From positions 4,444-68,443 of IMG/VR virus record IMGVR_UViG_3300017667_000009: DNA of 64,000 nt; one strand, written 5' to 3'. Within the stretch, counting starts at the first letter, position 1; the number at the start of each line of letters is the position of its first letter. Below the pieces are notes generated by a model. That model searched no databases and was not told where the DNA came from. It saw only the letters and a program-made list of their open reading frames with translations. A program made the position numbers and the translations under genes. Origin of the DNA: a virus. Below are positions 17,734-27,416 of the stretch, in pieces.

Positions 17734-20112
17734 TTAAGCCATTTTCTTCTTTTGATCTTTGGCCTGAGCGGAGATGTTTGCCGCTTTCAGTGTAGTCAAG
17801 TTATCCTGTGAGTTCAAAAGTAATTGAGTCATCCTTTCCTTATCTTCATTGTTCATATCAAGCCCCTTCTCGAGTTTAATAAGCATGGCCTTTAATTGAT
17901 ACTCCTGTACTAACCTCTGCATTTCGAAAGATGCTTTTTCAGATTCTAATTGGTGAGCAAGTTGCAGGGTCTGTTGTTTGGCTTGTTCTGCCGCTTGTGC
18001 GCTTTGCTGCTGTATTTGACCATTCATCTGCTGTAATCGTAAAGCGGCCTGCTCGTCCTCCTGCTTCCTTTGCTTAGTCTTGGCATCGAGGATCATGAAG
18101 GCTCTTTCCGGGTTCTTTTCATTCTCGATAATGTATACGTCCTGCGGTAATAGGGTTCCGCCCGCGGCCTTTAGGCTAGATTGCGCAGCTACTCTCAAAG
18201 AGTTTTTCTTTTCTTCGTTCCATCCCACGTCTACGCTAATTCCAAAATCCAAAAAGTCCATGTCCGAATTGGCTTCAGAATAGAGTTGACTTTCCATTCC
18301 AAGTGCTTCAATGTATCCGGGATTTCTCTTCTTTCTGGCGGCTGGTACCAATCTCACGATAGATTTAGCCGTTTCTTCATAGATGTAATTGAAGGCGTAG
18401 TAAAAATCTCCCAGTGCGGTATTCGTGTTTTCGGCCATCATTTCACTTACTCTCTTTCCCTGATCGGGGCTAATAGTACTCGCGTCCGTGGCTTCATTTA
18501 ATCCCAGAATATTCCGTATTAAATCGATAGACTGAAACACCATTTGTAAATGATGTAGGGCTTTTTCGTTTCCTCCTCCTCTTAGCTGCTGAAATGGTAT
18601 GCTTATCTGCTGTCCGTTTTTATCCTTGTCGGTATAAACTAAATTACCGGTTTGCACATACTGGTCTACTAAATCCAAAGCGTCAAGAACTACTCCAGCT
18701 TTACCACCAATGGTAATTTCAGTAAGTGCTCGTTTATTTATGGCGGTTCCGTCAGGTATGCTTTTGGCTGAGTGATGTAGATACTGCAGCCAGTTCAATT
18801 GTGCCGAATGCGCTACTGACTCAAGGTCTTTTATTATTGATTTGAAATCCAGTGTATACAGGTTCAAATCAAACTTAGCTTCTGCCAAACTGTTTATATT
18901 TCTTTGAATGTCTCCTTTTAGTCCGTAATTAAAAACGATATTAGAATCGCATACATACCAGGCCTCGTAAATGTTTTCAATTTCTGTTCTTAAAACCTTT
19001 CTGTTTAGCCCCTGTTCTTTCTGGTAGTTCTCATACTGCGTATCTGTTACCCCTTTCTTATCAAGCCAAAATGGATTGTCTCTCGGCTCCAGAGTTATAC
19101 GTCCGTCCTTGTTAGAGATTACGTAAGCAATGGTGTCTGCGCTTTTCGCCTGCCATCTTAGTATTTTCACTTTCTCATTATCATAAGGGCATTGGTAGTT
19201 AAGTCCAAAAGTTCGGGCGTTGTAAATCTGGTCGGTGCTCATGGCATTATAGGCCTTTCCTGTTTTACTAGCTAGTTCGGCTAGTTGTTTTTCGGTGATC
19301 TCGCCTTTGGCAATTTCATTCTTAGCGGCCACTCGTAGTTGAGAAATGGTCATGTAAATGTACGTACCCCACCTGGTCATGTCGCTAAAGTCTCTTTTCT
19401 CACACGGGTTGGTAACTATCCTGTCTATTCGTGCCGGGTCTACTCTTATTACTCCTTTGCTGTCAACGTAAGTGTGTGTTCCTATAAATCCCTGTTTTAC
19501 TTCTTCATCTACAAGATCACGCTCAATGTTGTCCCAATTATTTACGTTGTGGGCTTGCTTAATCTCATCGTACATTTCTACAACGTGCTTGTTCTTTGGG
19601 TAGGCTTCCGCGTATAAGTCTACTTCTTTCAAATTGGTAGGCGTAACTTCTCCCTCTTCAAAAGGAGATTCAACTTGCACTCCGTTTTGCTGGGCTGCCT
19701 GTATTAATTCTTGGTTTGCCACATAGGCAGCAATTTTATTTTTCCGTACACGTTCCTGATTTATGCTCCATGGGTCAATTGCGGATATCTTGAAGTCTTT
19801 TGGCTGGCTTAGAATTTTGTTCTTCAAAATCCTTACAAATTTTGGCAGTATCGGAAGTATCGTGTAGTCTAGGTTTCTCCATGCCATGTCTGGTTTACCT
19901 GCACGTTGTCGCGAACCTAAACTCTTCTTATACTGATCAATGGGCTGTTCACCTTCTGATAATTTTTTCCATTTGATGTAATTATCGGATGTCACTAGCG
20001 GCTTGTTAGAGTTTTGAAATGCTTTTGAAAACTGGAGAGCCCAGTCCTTAGATGCCTTTTTTCTCATCGGCAGCATGTCCGATGGAAATCCTAAATTGTT
20101 TGTCTGTTCCAT
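17734..20112 (-). CDS. portal protein (crAss-like)
   Basis: 792 aa directly after terminase; NLDYTILPILPKFV, IRNILGLNEATDAS, Q-rich C-terminus. Confidence 0.85.
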   Translation of the reverse strand: MEQTNNLGFPSDMLPMRKKASKDWALQFSKAFQNSNKPLVTSDNYIKWKKLSEGEQPIDQYKKSLGSRQRAGKPDMAWRNLDYTILPILPKFVRILKNKILSQPKDFKISAIDPWSINQERVRKNKIAAYVANQELIQAAQQNGVQVESPFEEGEVTPTNLKEVDLYAEAYPKNKHVVEMYDEIKQAHNVNNWDNIERDLVDEEVKQGFIGTHTYVDSKGVIRVDPARIDRIVTNPCEKRDFSDMTRWGTYIYMTISQLRVAAKNEIAKGEITEKQLAELASKTGKAYNAMSTDQIYNARTFGLNYQCPYDNEKVKILRWQAKSADTIAYVISNKDGRITLEPRDNPFWLDKKGVTDTQYENYQKEQGLNRKVLRTEIENIYEAWYVCDSNIVFNYGLKGDIQRNINSLAEAKFDLNLYTLDFKSIIKDLESVAHSAQLNWLQYLHHSAKSIPDGTAINKRALTEITIGGKAGVVLDALDLVDQYVQTGNLVYTDKDKNGQQISIPFQQLRGGGNEKALHHLQMVFQSIDLIRNILGLNEATDASTISPDQGKRVSEMMAENTNTALGDFYYAFNYIYEETAKSIVRLVPAARKKRNPGYIEALGMESQLYSEANSDMDFLDFGISVDVGWNEEKKNSLRVAAQSSLKAAGGTLLPQDVYIIENEKNPERAFMILDAKTKQRKQEDEQAALRLQQMNGQIQQQSAQAAEQAKQQTLQLAHQLESEKASFEMQRLVQEYQLKAMLIKLEKGLDMNNEDKERMTQLLLNSQDNLTTLKAANISAQAKDQKKKMA

Positions 20113-20115
20113 GTT

Positions 20116-22374
20116 TTAAAACATTAATTCGCTTATATCAACTTCTACACTTTGGGTTCCGCTTTGGTCATACACGGGGAATAATTCTAGTTCAATAGGC
20201 CTTCCTGTAACTTCGCTTGGCGCCATTGTTATTCGTTCGCTTGCTATCAAAGTAAATCCAGCTCCCACTACCGCATCTTGCATAAAGTGTTTTGCTATCC
20301 TAAATTTTAAAGATTGCTCAATCAGTTTTTCAAATACAACTAAGTGTATGTATCGGTTGTAATACATATGCAACTTGTTCACGTAGTTGTTAATCACCGT
20401 GTCGTCAGATCCTACGGCTTTGTCTCCGTAATTACCTTCTTTCTTTACCCCTACCAGGGTGTCGTCACTAAAGTCCCTGCGGTACATTATAAAGGCTCCG
20501 TAGCCTCTCATGTCAAAGTATTGTCTTAGTAGCGATACGTTGTCCTCGGCAAGTATTGAGCATCCAAAGTATCGGCAAAGTTTTATCATGTCTTCGTGAA
20601 AAACTTCCGAGTCGTCCGGTCTCACCAGGTACTCAACAATAAACTTATGTGTTCTCCATTGTTCCTTTGGTCTTCCGTGCTCTATGCTTTCATCGTATTT
20701 TCTAAAAACATACGCGGCTGCTTTTGATGCGGTGGGGTCATCTGTTTTTACGTTTCGTATCGGGTCGCATCCAATAGTAAATAGGTGGTCATTCTTGGGG
20801 TAAAAGAGTTTTTTTCCGTTCTCGTTATCCCAATCTTCGCCTACGTTGTTCACTATTTTAAATTTCTTGGTAATGTCTCCACCTGTTCCTTCTTCATCGG
20901 GTAGCCAGGCAAATTTGAATTTGCCTTTATGGTCATCTCTGAAAAATTCAACCGTTCCGTCTTTCTTGTCCCACTCTAGGTTTCCTAAAATATACTTCGG
21001 TTCGGCTCCCCGTAGCTCCTGTAATCTTTTCGAAAGAACCATGTGGTTAAAGTGACAAAACTCATTACTAACACTTTTTGCCTCCTCCCATGACCACGGA
21101 AATTTCCGCATCAATGAGGTTAGCGCCTGGAGGTCATTCTCTACTACTTTTCTATCTCTTAATAGTTGTGTCTTTGCGCCAAATTCTATTCGGTGACCGT
21201 CTTCGTCTAAAACAATTACTTTTGGGTCGGGGTCGTTAATAACGCTCCTTCCAAATTCATCAAATACATATCCTTCATAAGCTGGAATAAATAGTGAGAT
21301 CAGGCCGCTCTTAGTTCTGCCATCAAACTTTTTCATTAAGCTGGGCAAACTGTCTTCAAACATTTCAATGAATGAGTCTCCGCCTTTTTCAAGCTCCTCA
21401 ACGGTAGTGGGTGCGAAACACTTCCCAATTATCTTGCTTCCGTTTTTTAAAGCGGGCTGTATCTTTTGAAGGGTTGCGTATACGTCACTCTCCTCCCACT
21501 TACCGGGCTCCTCCATGCCATACCTATGCAGCTTAGATTGGTCATACGCGCTCTCGCTGCTGTCTTTAAAGTCAATGGCCGAGTGAAGTGAGGTGTCTTC
21601 GCCAAAGTTCTCTGTGGCCTTCTTTCCCTTGCCTGCCGATCTTCGGAAATCTATACTCCCCACTTGGGTACCGGCTGTGTCTACCTCCGGTCTGAAAAAT
21701 TCCGGTAGTCTCCTCCATGGGTCAACTACGTTAATCTTAAACTTAACTTTGGCGTCATTAAATTTCTTAGCCTGAAATCCACCGTAGGCATTTTTATTTC
21801 TGCTTGGAAAGTCATAGAGCCAACAGAATAACATCGCTGTCTTTCCAAAACGTCTTAGTGTGCTTAATGCGAGCCCATACAAAAACGGATTTTCCTCTAC
21901 ATACGAAAGTGCATAGAACACTTTTAGGTATACGTGCCTGAACCTGGGGATAAAGTCAGTGTCCCACCAGTTAAAATAAAGATATGCTGTACCTGTTAAG
22001 TAGATGTACTCAACCGGTTTTTTTTCTTTGTTTCCTATTGCAATCCAAACTCCGTTTATTCTGCGCCTCCACTCCTGAGCTCTAAAATAGTCAGCTTCTG
22101 CGTGTGAGTAATTTGGGTTTAGTTGCTTATTTAGAGCCTCCTCTTCTAGCCACTTGTTCCAGTTCTTTGGTAGAGTAGTTCTTTGCCATTTCTTATCAAC
22201 TAGTGGAAGGTCGTCAAATAGTATTTCAGATTTTATTAATTTCTCGCTGGGCTTACCAGTCTTGGGGTCGGGCATTCTATCAACAACGTACCCAATAGGC
22301 GGCAAATGGACTTCTATGAACTCGTCTCCAAATTCAATACGTTGTGTGCTGCCTCCGTCTATGGGTTGAAACAT
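20116..22374 (-). CDS. terminase large subunit (crAss-like)
   Basis: Walker A RRFGKT, Walker B-like YGMEEPGK, nuclease IGCDP, EDN, DAVVGAG. Confidence 0.9.
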   Translation of the reverse strand: MFQPIDGGSTQRIEFGDEFIEVHLPPIGYVVDRMPDPKTGKPSEKLIKSEILFDDLPLVDKKWQRTTLPKNWNKWLEEEALNKQLNPNYSHAEADYFRAQEWRRRINGVWIAIGNKEKKPVEYIYLTGTAYLYFNWWDTDFIPRFRHVYLKVFYALSYVEENPFLYGLALSTLRRFGKTAMLFCWLYDFPSRNKNAYGGFQAKKFNDAKVKFKINVVDPWRRLPEFFRPEVDTAGTQVGSIDFRRSAGKGKKATENFGEDTSLHSAIDFKDSSESAYDQSKLHRYGMEEPGKWEESDVYATLQKIQPALKNGSKIIGKCFAPTTVEELEKGGDSFIEMFEDSLPSLMKKFDGRTKSGLISLFIPAYEGYVFDEFGRSVINDPDPKVIVLDEDGHRIEFGAKTQLLRDRKVVENDLQALTSLMRKFPWSWEEAKSVSNEFCHFNHMVLSKRLQELRGAEPKYILGNLEWDKKDGTVEFFRDDHKGKFKFAWLPDEEGTGGDITKKFKIVNNVGEDWDNENGKKLFYPKNDHLFTIGCDPIRNVKTDDPTASKAAAYVFRKYDESIEHGRPKEQWRTHKFIVEYLVRPDDSEVFHEDMIKLCRYFGCSILAEDNVSLLRQYFDMRGYGAFIMYRRDFSDDTLVGVKKEGNYGDKAVGSDDTVINNYVNKLHMYYNRYIHLVVFEKLIEQSLKFRIAKHFMQDAVVGAGFTLIASERITMAPSEVTGRPIELELFPVYDQSGTQSVEVDISELMF

Positions 22375-22420
22375 TTCTACGTTACTGTTTTCATGGTGCT
22401 ATTTTTTGGTTGCTTTTTTA

Positions 22421-23035
22421 TCAGTAATACGCTGCCGCAATTTTTTCTGGTGTTGTCAATAGGTCGTTTGCTACGTTTTTTAGATCATCATTATCGCTAA
22501 AAATTTCACTCTCCAGTGCATCAAGTGCTTTGTGTATAGCCATTGCTTGGTCTCTCAATTTGCCTTTCTTCTCATGGGCCTCCATCAACTGCTTCTGGTC
22601 TTTCGTGTCATCTTCGTTAATGGGTTTCCATCTGGCTTGTTGCTTTTCCTCAAGTTCCTGCTGCATGGTACACCACTCTCGAAACTTCCTGTCGTTAAAT
22701 ACTCGGGTTAAAAAGTAAAACGCTTTTCCTAAAACATACTCTTCTTCAAAATCTGTAAATCCACTTAGTTCGCTTGCTTTTTTCTTTCGGTCTGAAATTT
22801 CTGGCTCTTGGCGTATTAGGTCGCTCTTCGAATCGTATAGGTAAATCAGGTAGCGAATAAGTCCATTTACATTTGCTACTTCAAATTCCGTAACCTCTCC
22901 GTCCTCCTCTTTTACCACGTACTTCGTCAGGTTCTCCCTATGCTTTTTTAGTTCGGGAAATTCCTCGAACAAATCCGCAGACTTCGGAATGTTGTGTATC
23001 CTGTACTTTAGGTTTTCAAAGGGCTGTCGAGTCAT
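22421..23035 (-). CDS. hypothetical protein, possible terminase small subunit
   Basis: 204-aa helical ORF directly upstream of terL. Confidence 0.45.
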   Translation of the reverse strand: MTRQPFENLKYRIHNIPKSADLFEEFPELKKHRENLTKYVVKEEDGEVTEFEVANVNGLIRYLIYLYDSKSDLIRQEPEISDRKKKASELSGFTDFEEEYVLGKAFYFLTRVFNDRKFREWCTMQQELEEKQQARWKPINEDDTKDQKQLMEAHEKKGKLRDQAMAIHKALDALESEIFSDNDDLKNVANDLLTTPEKIAAAYY

Positions 23036-23037
23036 CT

Positions 23038-23124
23038 CTAGTTCATATTTTTATTATTATTCCCCATGCCTAGAATAAGCGCCAAAATGGTAAGTGCCGC
23101 ACATACGATTATAAATGGTTTCAT
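23038..23124 (-). CDS. 28-aa hydrophobic peptide (not in ORF track)
   Basis: MKPFIIVCAALTILALILGMGNNNKNMN; ATGA overlap with groES stop. Confidence 0.4.
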   Translation of the reverse strand: MKPFIIVCAALTILALILGMGNNNKNMN

Positions 23125-23390
23125 TTCGCGCAAATGATGTTATAGTTTTTAATCAATCGATATGTCTTACCATTAAACTCTACGTCAAATCCGTCTGTAC
23201 TTTGGCATACAACTGTATTCCCTGCTTTCACCGGCATGGGCAAAAGTTCTGTCCCCTCTCCAGCGCTAATCACTTCGCCCATTACCAAGTGCTTCATCTT
23301 TGCTTGGAACTGAGGGGGTATGTATAGCTTGGTTTTCACCTTGTAGGGGATTATCTTCACCAAAATGTTATCATTTTTGCAGTTTATCAT
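23121..23390 (-). CDS. groES: co-chaperonin GroES-like protein
   Basis: DNILVK...GEVISAGEG...VKAGNTV...GKTYRLIKNYNII. Confidence 0.85.
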   Translation of the reverse strand: MINCKNDNILVKIIPYKVKTKLYIPPQFQAKMKHLVMGEVISAGEGTELLPMPVKAGNTVVCQSTDGFDVEFNGKTYRLIKNYNIICAK

Positions 23391-23454
23391 AACAAAATGT
23401 TACGTTTAATTTACTTTTGTTGGTAAAATTAATACAAAATGTAATTGAAACAAA

Positions 23455-24909
23455 TTAGAAGGGTGCTTCGTCATCTTTGAACGGTTTTTGTGGCTCCATC
23501 TTTGTAAATCCTTCCGGGGCCTTGTGAATAGGTTGGTGGTGGTCATTCCAATTCGTAACCTTAGTGTACTTCCCAATAAATTTCAGCTTTACCGTATCCA
23601 ATGACCCATTTCTGTGTTTTGCTATAATAACCTCAAGTTGCCCCTGTGTTGACATCCCATTCTCATCTTCTGTTATCTTGTAATACTCTGGGCGGTATAG
23701 GAAGGCAACCATGTCAGCGTCTTGCTCAATGGATCCAGACTCTCGTAAATCGGATAGTAAGGGTCTTTTGTCTCCTCCTCTAGTCTCAACACTTCTGCTT
23801 AATTGAGAAAGCGCTATCACAGGCACATTTAACTCTTTTGCTATGCCTTTGAGTGCCCGCGAAATTGATGCAATTTCCTGCTCTCTGTTGCCATATTTTT
23901 CACCGCGCATTAGCTGTAAGTAGTCAATGGCGATCAGTTGTATGTTGTGTTCTGCTTTAAGCCTTCTACATTTGGCTCTAAGTGCTGTTATAGACAATCC
24001 GGGTGTATCATCAATAAAAAAAGGCGCAGAACTAAGTTTGGCTGTTTGATGGATAATCCGGCTCCAATGATGGGCTTCTAAATTTCCTTGCCTCAAGGTT
24101 TCGCTGTCTATTTCTGCTTCTGAGCATATCATTCGATAAATGAGTTGAATTGCCCCCATTTCAAGTGAGAATAGCGCCACCGGCATGTTAAAATCTACCG
24201 CAGCATTTCTTAAAGCCGAAACAATCATAGCGGTCTTACACATGCCTGGCCTAGCTGCAATGATTATCAAGTCTGACTTTTGCCATCCAGAGGTGAGTCG
24301 ATCAAGCGGAAGAAACCCGCTGGCCACTCCTGTTACCCCATTGATTGATTTTTTTCTATCCTTCATCTCCATCACAGCTTGATACATCAAAGCCTTTACG
24401 CTTTCGTAGTTTTTTGAAAGGTTTGATTCGGAGATTTTAAAAACGGACTGCTCGGTATCGTCTAATAATTCGAATACGTCTGTCGTGTCCTCGTAAGCGT
24501 CTTGATGAACTCTAGAAGCGATTTGAATAAGTGTGCGCTTGATGGCCATCTCGATGATGATGCGCGCGTGGTATTCGATGTTGGCTGCTGAACTGACTTT
24601 AGAAGTAAGTTCGGCAATATAATAAGCCCCTCCTACTAATTCGAGTTTAGCGTTTTTTCTTAACTTGTAAACAACGGTACGCATATCTACCGGTTCCGAT
24701 GCCTTAAAAAGTTCAATAATTGCAGAGAATATTTCCTTGTGCTGCTCTTTGTAAAAGTGATCTGGCGTAAGAATCTCAACAACAGATGATAGTGCGTTTC
24801 TTTCAAGTATCAATGCGCCAAGTACCGATTCCTCTAGGTCAATTGCTGCAGGAGGTAGCTTGCCTAGCGCCTCAGAAATATCTCTTGTTGGTAATTGAAA
24901 GTTTCTCAT
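23455..24909 (-). CDS. dnaB: replicative DNA helicase
   Basis: LIIIAARPGMCKT, FSLEM, IDYLQLM, LSQLSR, DLRESGSIEQDAD, KHRNG. Confidence 0.97.
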   Translation of the reverse strand: MRNFQLPTRDISEALGKLPPAAIDLEESVLGALILERNALSSVVEILTPDHFYKEQHKEIFSAIIELFKASEPVDMRTVVYKLRKNAKLELVGGAYYIAELTSKVSSAANIEYHARIIIEMAIKRTLIQIASRVHQDAYEDTTDVFELLDDTEQSVFKISESNLSKNYESVKALMYQAVMEMKDRKKSINGVTGVASGFLPLDRLTSGWQKSDLIIIAARPGMCKTAMIVSALRNAAVDFNMPVALFSLEMGAIQLIYRMICSEAEIDSETLRQGNLEAHHWSRIIHQTAKLSSAPFFIDDTPGLSITALRAKCRRLKAEHNIQLIAIDYLQLMRGEKYGNREQEIASISRALKGIAKELNVPVIALSQLSRSVETRGGDKRPLLSDLRESGSIEQDADMVAFLYRPEYYKITEDENGMSTQGQLEVIIAKHRNGSLDTVKLKFIGKYTKVTNWNDHHQPIHKAPEGFTKMEPQKPFKDDEAPF

Positions 24910-25622
24910 TTTCTGGTTCTTTTAAATTCATCATATATTTTCCTTGCCTCCTCCTCGGAGTCAGCATTAACCTCCATTCCTTCGATGATGAATTTTTCTC
25001 TTACCAATGTTGTAGCTTTTTTTCTTGGCCTCTCAATTCCCAAATCTTTTATCTGCTTATCGGTTAGTTTGGGGGCGCTCTTAAAGTCAGAAAGTTTATC
25101 TAGAAAAGATTCCATTAGCCTATTTGTTTCTGGATTGGACGCAATTATGTTTACTTGATTACTTTTTCTTTTGTTTAGGACGCGCTCACATTCAGCACTC
25201 CACTCGTCCTGATATTTGGCTATCCAGTCATATAGTACAGCGATATCAAATCGCATTATACCTTTTTCATTATACCTTCCCTTTACTCCGTTTGATAGCA
25301 AAATATTAAGGTCATCCAGGCTCATTGTTGGCCAGTCATTCAAAATATTTTTAGCATATTCAATTGCGTGTTCAGGCCTCATGTTTCCACCAACCGTAAG
25401 CATGTTGGCATATTTCGAAATAAGCACGGCCACCACCTGCTCAAGTTCCTTTCGGTTGGCTCCAGCGTGTGTGAGTTGAAAAATTGAAGGGCTGGACATC
25501 ACATCGCTAACCCTGCTTTTCAAGCCAACAATAATACTAGCATGATTTCCAACGTTATTTATTTCCGTAGATAGCGCTGAGGGTTGCTGCAGCATCAAAT
25601 CCTTTTTGCTTTCCATTTTCAT
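24906..25622 (-). CDS. hypothetical replication-associated protein (possible helicase loader)
   Basis: Lies between initiator and dnaB, overlapping both. Confidence 0.5.
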   Translation of the reverse strand: MKMESKKDLMLQQPSALSTEINNVGNHASIIVGLKSRVSDVMSSPSIFQLTHAGANRKELEQVVAVLISKYANMLTVGGNMRPEHAIEYAKNILNDWPTMSLDDLNILLSNGVKGRYNEKGIMRFDIAVLYDWIAKYQDEWSAECERVLNKRKSNQVNIIASNPETNRLMESFLDKLSDFKSAPKLTDKQIKDLGIERPRKKATTLVREKFIIEGMEVNADSEEEARKIYDEFKRTRK

Positions 25623-26352
25623 TGCTAAAAATTATTTCGTTTTCCCAAGAATTGCTATTGAGGTAGGTGAGTGGATTTTTCCTGTACTTTTTATCTGGAG
25701 TTGATGGAATATAGCTATCCAGATGTTGCATAATCTTTTCGCGGTCCCCCTGCTTAATTTTTTCCCATTTTTTTTCGCATTTGGGACGGTCTACTTTTTT
25801 ATCGTATTTAACCCAAAAGGATTCGAAGTCAGGCAAAATCAAAACGGTCACATCGCTTTCGTTCTTGTTCTCGTTCTTATTCTCCTTCTCGTTCTTATTC
25901 TTATTCTTATTCTTATTGTGATAGGGTATCGATAGGGTATCGATAGGGTATAATTCCTCTGATTTCGCGGTTTTTTGATTTTCGGACAGGTAGACGAAAT
26001 CAATTAAAGATTTGGCTTTTACGGCATCGATCTCCTTCGAAACGTATGATTTAACTTTTGGACTGCCTTGCGGATTGTACTTTACGAAGTTCTTAATGGC
26101 AATTTCGTTTGTCTCTTTGCTCCACTTGATCTTGCCATGCAATTCAAAATACTGAAGCAATTTTTCCACCGTCTCGACATTATAACCGGTTTCAAAGGCC
26201 ATTTGCCGCTTTGTGATTTCGTAGATACCGCACTGAGTAGTGTGCTCGTTAGTTAGTAGATAGAGAAAGAAATACCTTTTCTCAGGCGTTAATTCCTCAG
26301 CAACAAACTCGTCACTCCAGAATTTTACTGCAATGTTTCTGTATTTTGCCAT
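25555..26352 (-). CDS. phage replication initiator (DnaD/replisome-organiser-like)
   Basis: FWSD...YFFLYLLTNEHTTQCGIY N-domain, NK-repeat linker, FESFWVKY.KK...YRKNPLTYLN C-domain. Confidence 0.85.
   Translation of the reverse strand: MAKYRNIAVKFWSDEFVAEELTPEKRYFFLYLLTNEHTTQCGIYEITKRQMAFETGYNVETVEKLLQYFELHGKIKWSKETNEIAIKNFVKYNPQGSPKVKSYVSKEIDAVKAKSLIDFVYLSENQKTAKSEELYPIDTLSIPYHNKNKNKNKNEKENKNENKNESDVTVLILPDFESFWVKYDKKVDRPKCEKKWEKIKQGDREKIMQHLDSYIPSTPDKKYRKNPLTYLNSNSWENEIIFSNENGKQKGFDAAATLSAIYGNK
25920..25951. repeat. three 11-bp iterons inside the initiator gene (putative origin)
   Basis: gatagggtatc x2 plus gatagggtat, next to an AT-rich (ttctta)n tract; lambda O-like arrangement. Confidence 0.7.
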
Positions 26353-26429
26353 AGCGATACATTTAGCTGTTTAAATTTTTTGTTCTGATGGTAAAATTTT
26401 TCCATACAGATACTTTACTCCAAAGAGTA

Positions 26430-26520
26430 TAAAAGAAAACCCCTGACGGTTCGGCCTGTGATGCAAGACCTCCCCGTCAGGGGTGGAAAAAATAGAAAAT
26501 CCGTAAACCACTGGCATCAC
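26430..26520 (-). promoter_or_regulatory. attenuator-like structured leader upstream of the initiator gene
   Basis: Perfect 11-bp stem 26439-26449/26474-26484 with U-tract on minus strand; loop gtgatgc (26458) complementary to gcatcac (26514). Confidence 0.55.
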
Positions 26521-26670
26521 TCAATGGTACTTCAAAAAATGCTTTTATAATTACTCCCCGCTATCGCTCCTTTAATTTTGTGTTACGGTCATATCTCCCG
26601 TTGTTTTTGCCAAATTCGGTTGACAATCCTATCACCCTTTCGGGCGCTGCTCTTCATAAAAAAAATTTCG

Positions 26671-26752
26671 TAGCGAGTGCGGGACTTGAACCCGCGAGGC
26701 TTAACGCAGAGGGTTATGAGCCCTCCCTGATACCAACTTCAGACAACTCGCG
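26671..26752 (-). tRNA. tRNA-Met(CAT), initiator-like
   Basis: Acceptor gcgagt/actcgc with C1 mismatch, anticodon arm gaggg-ctCATaa-ccctc, T arm gcggg-ttcaagt-cccgc; no encoded CCA. Confidence 0.85.
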
Positions 26753-26841
26753 ATTTAATATTTACTAGACTTAGGATAAAACCACGGAGGAAACTAGCAC
26801 TAACCCCCGTGGAATTACTACTTCAGCACCATTAATCGGCT

Positions 26842-26899
26842 CAAAACTAAACTATTTTAGTAAATAATAACAACTTTTAACTATTATTTTTTACTTTTG
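26842..26899. promoter_or_regulatory. divergent Bacteroidota -7 promoters
   Basis: TAGTTTTG on minus (26842-26849), TACTTTTG on plus (26892-26899), GTAAATAA box between them. Confidence 0.55.
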
Positions 26900-26906
26900 G
26901 GCATAT

Positions 26907-27416
26907 ATGGTAACTAAAACTCTTCCAGATGTGCAGGAATCGCATATTGTGCGAGAGGAATCCCGTCAGCAAATAGCTGATTTCGATAAGTGGCTACTGT
27001 CTCAGCCTAACGTCAAACTTGGAAACAATACACTCACACCCATCAAACACTTGTTTGGCTCAGGTACTTATGTAAGGGAAATGTTCGTTCCGAAAGGGGT
27101 GACATTCACCGGCAAGATCCACAACATGGATCACATAATCATAATTGCCAAAGGAACAATAAAGGTCTTTAACGAAACCATGTCCGAAGTTCAAACACTT
27201 ACTGGGCCATGTATTTTTGAGCAAGAGAGGGGGATAAAAAGAGTTGGCCTAGCCGTTACAGATGTTTACTGGTACAACATTCACTCCAACCCATCGGAAA
27301 CGAGAGATATTGACAAAATTGAACACCGGCTCGTTTCAAAAACTTTCGAAGAGTATAAAAGATTACCACTCACTAAAAAACTTTTAAAATTATGGCGTTT
27401 GTTGCAGCGGCATTAG
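26907..27416 (+). CDS. cupin-fold phage protein
   Basis: HLFGSGTYVREM..PKG..TGKIH..H...G..R..W.NIH motif. Confidence 0.8.
   Translation: MVTKTLPDVQESHIVREESRQQIADFDKWLLSQPNVKLGNNTLTPIKHLFGSGTYVREMFVPKGVTFTGKIHNMDHIIIIAKGTIKVFNETMSEVQTLTGPCIFEQERGIKRVGLAVTDVYWYNIHSNPSETRDIDKIEHRLVSKTFEEYKRLPLTKKLLKLWRLLQRH

Noticed and set aside
26671-26752. tRNA as an attB/attP prophage boundary
   Set aside because: Phage genes continue on both sides, no duplicated 3' tRNA fragment was seen, and the integrase is about 36 kb away.
26580-26768. 62-aa plus-strand ORF
   Set aside because: It is the antisense shadow of the tRNA-Met gene.
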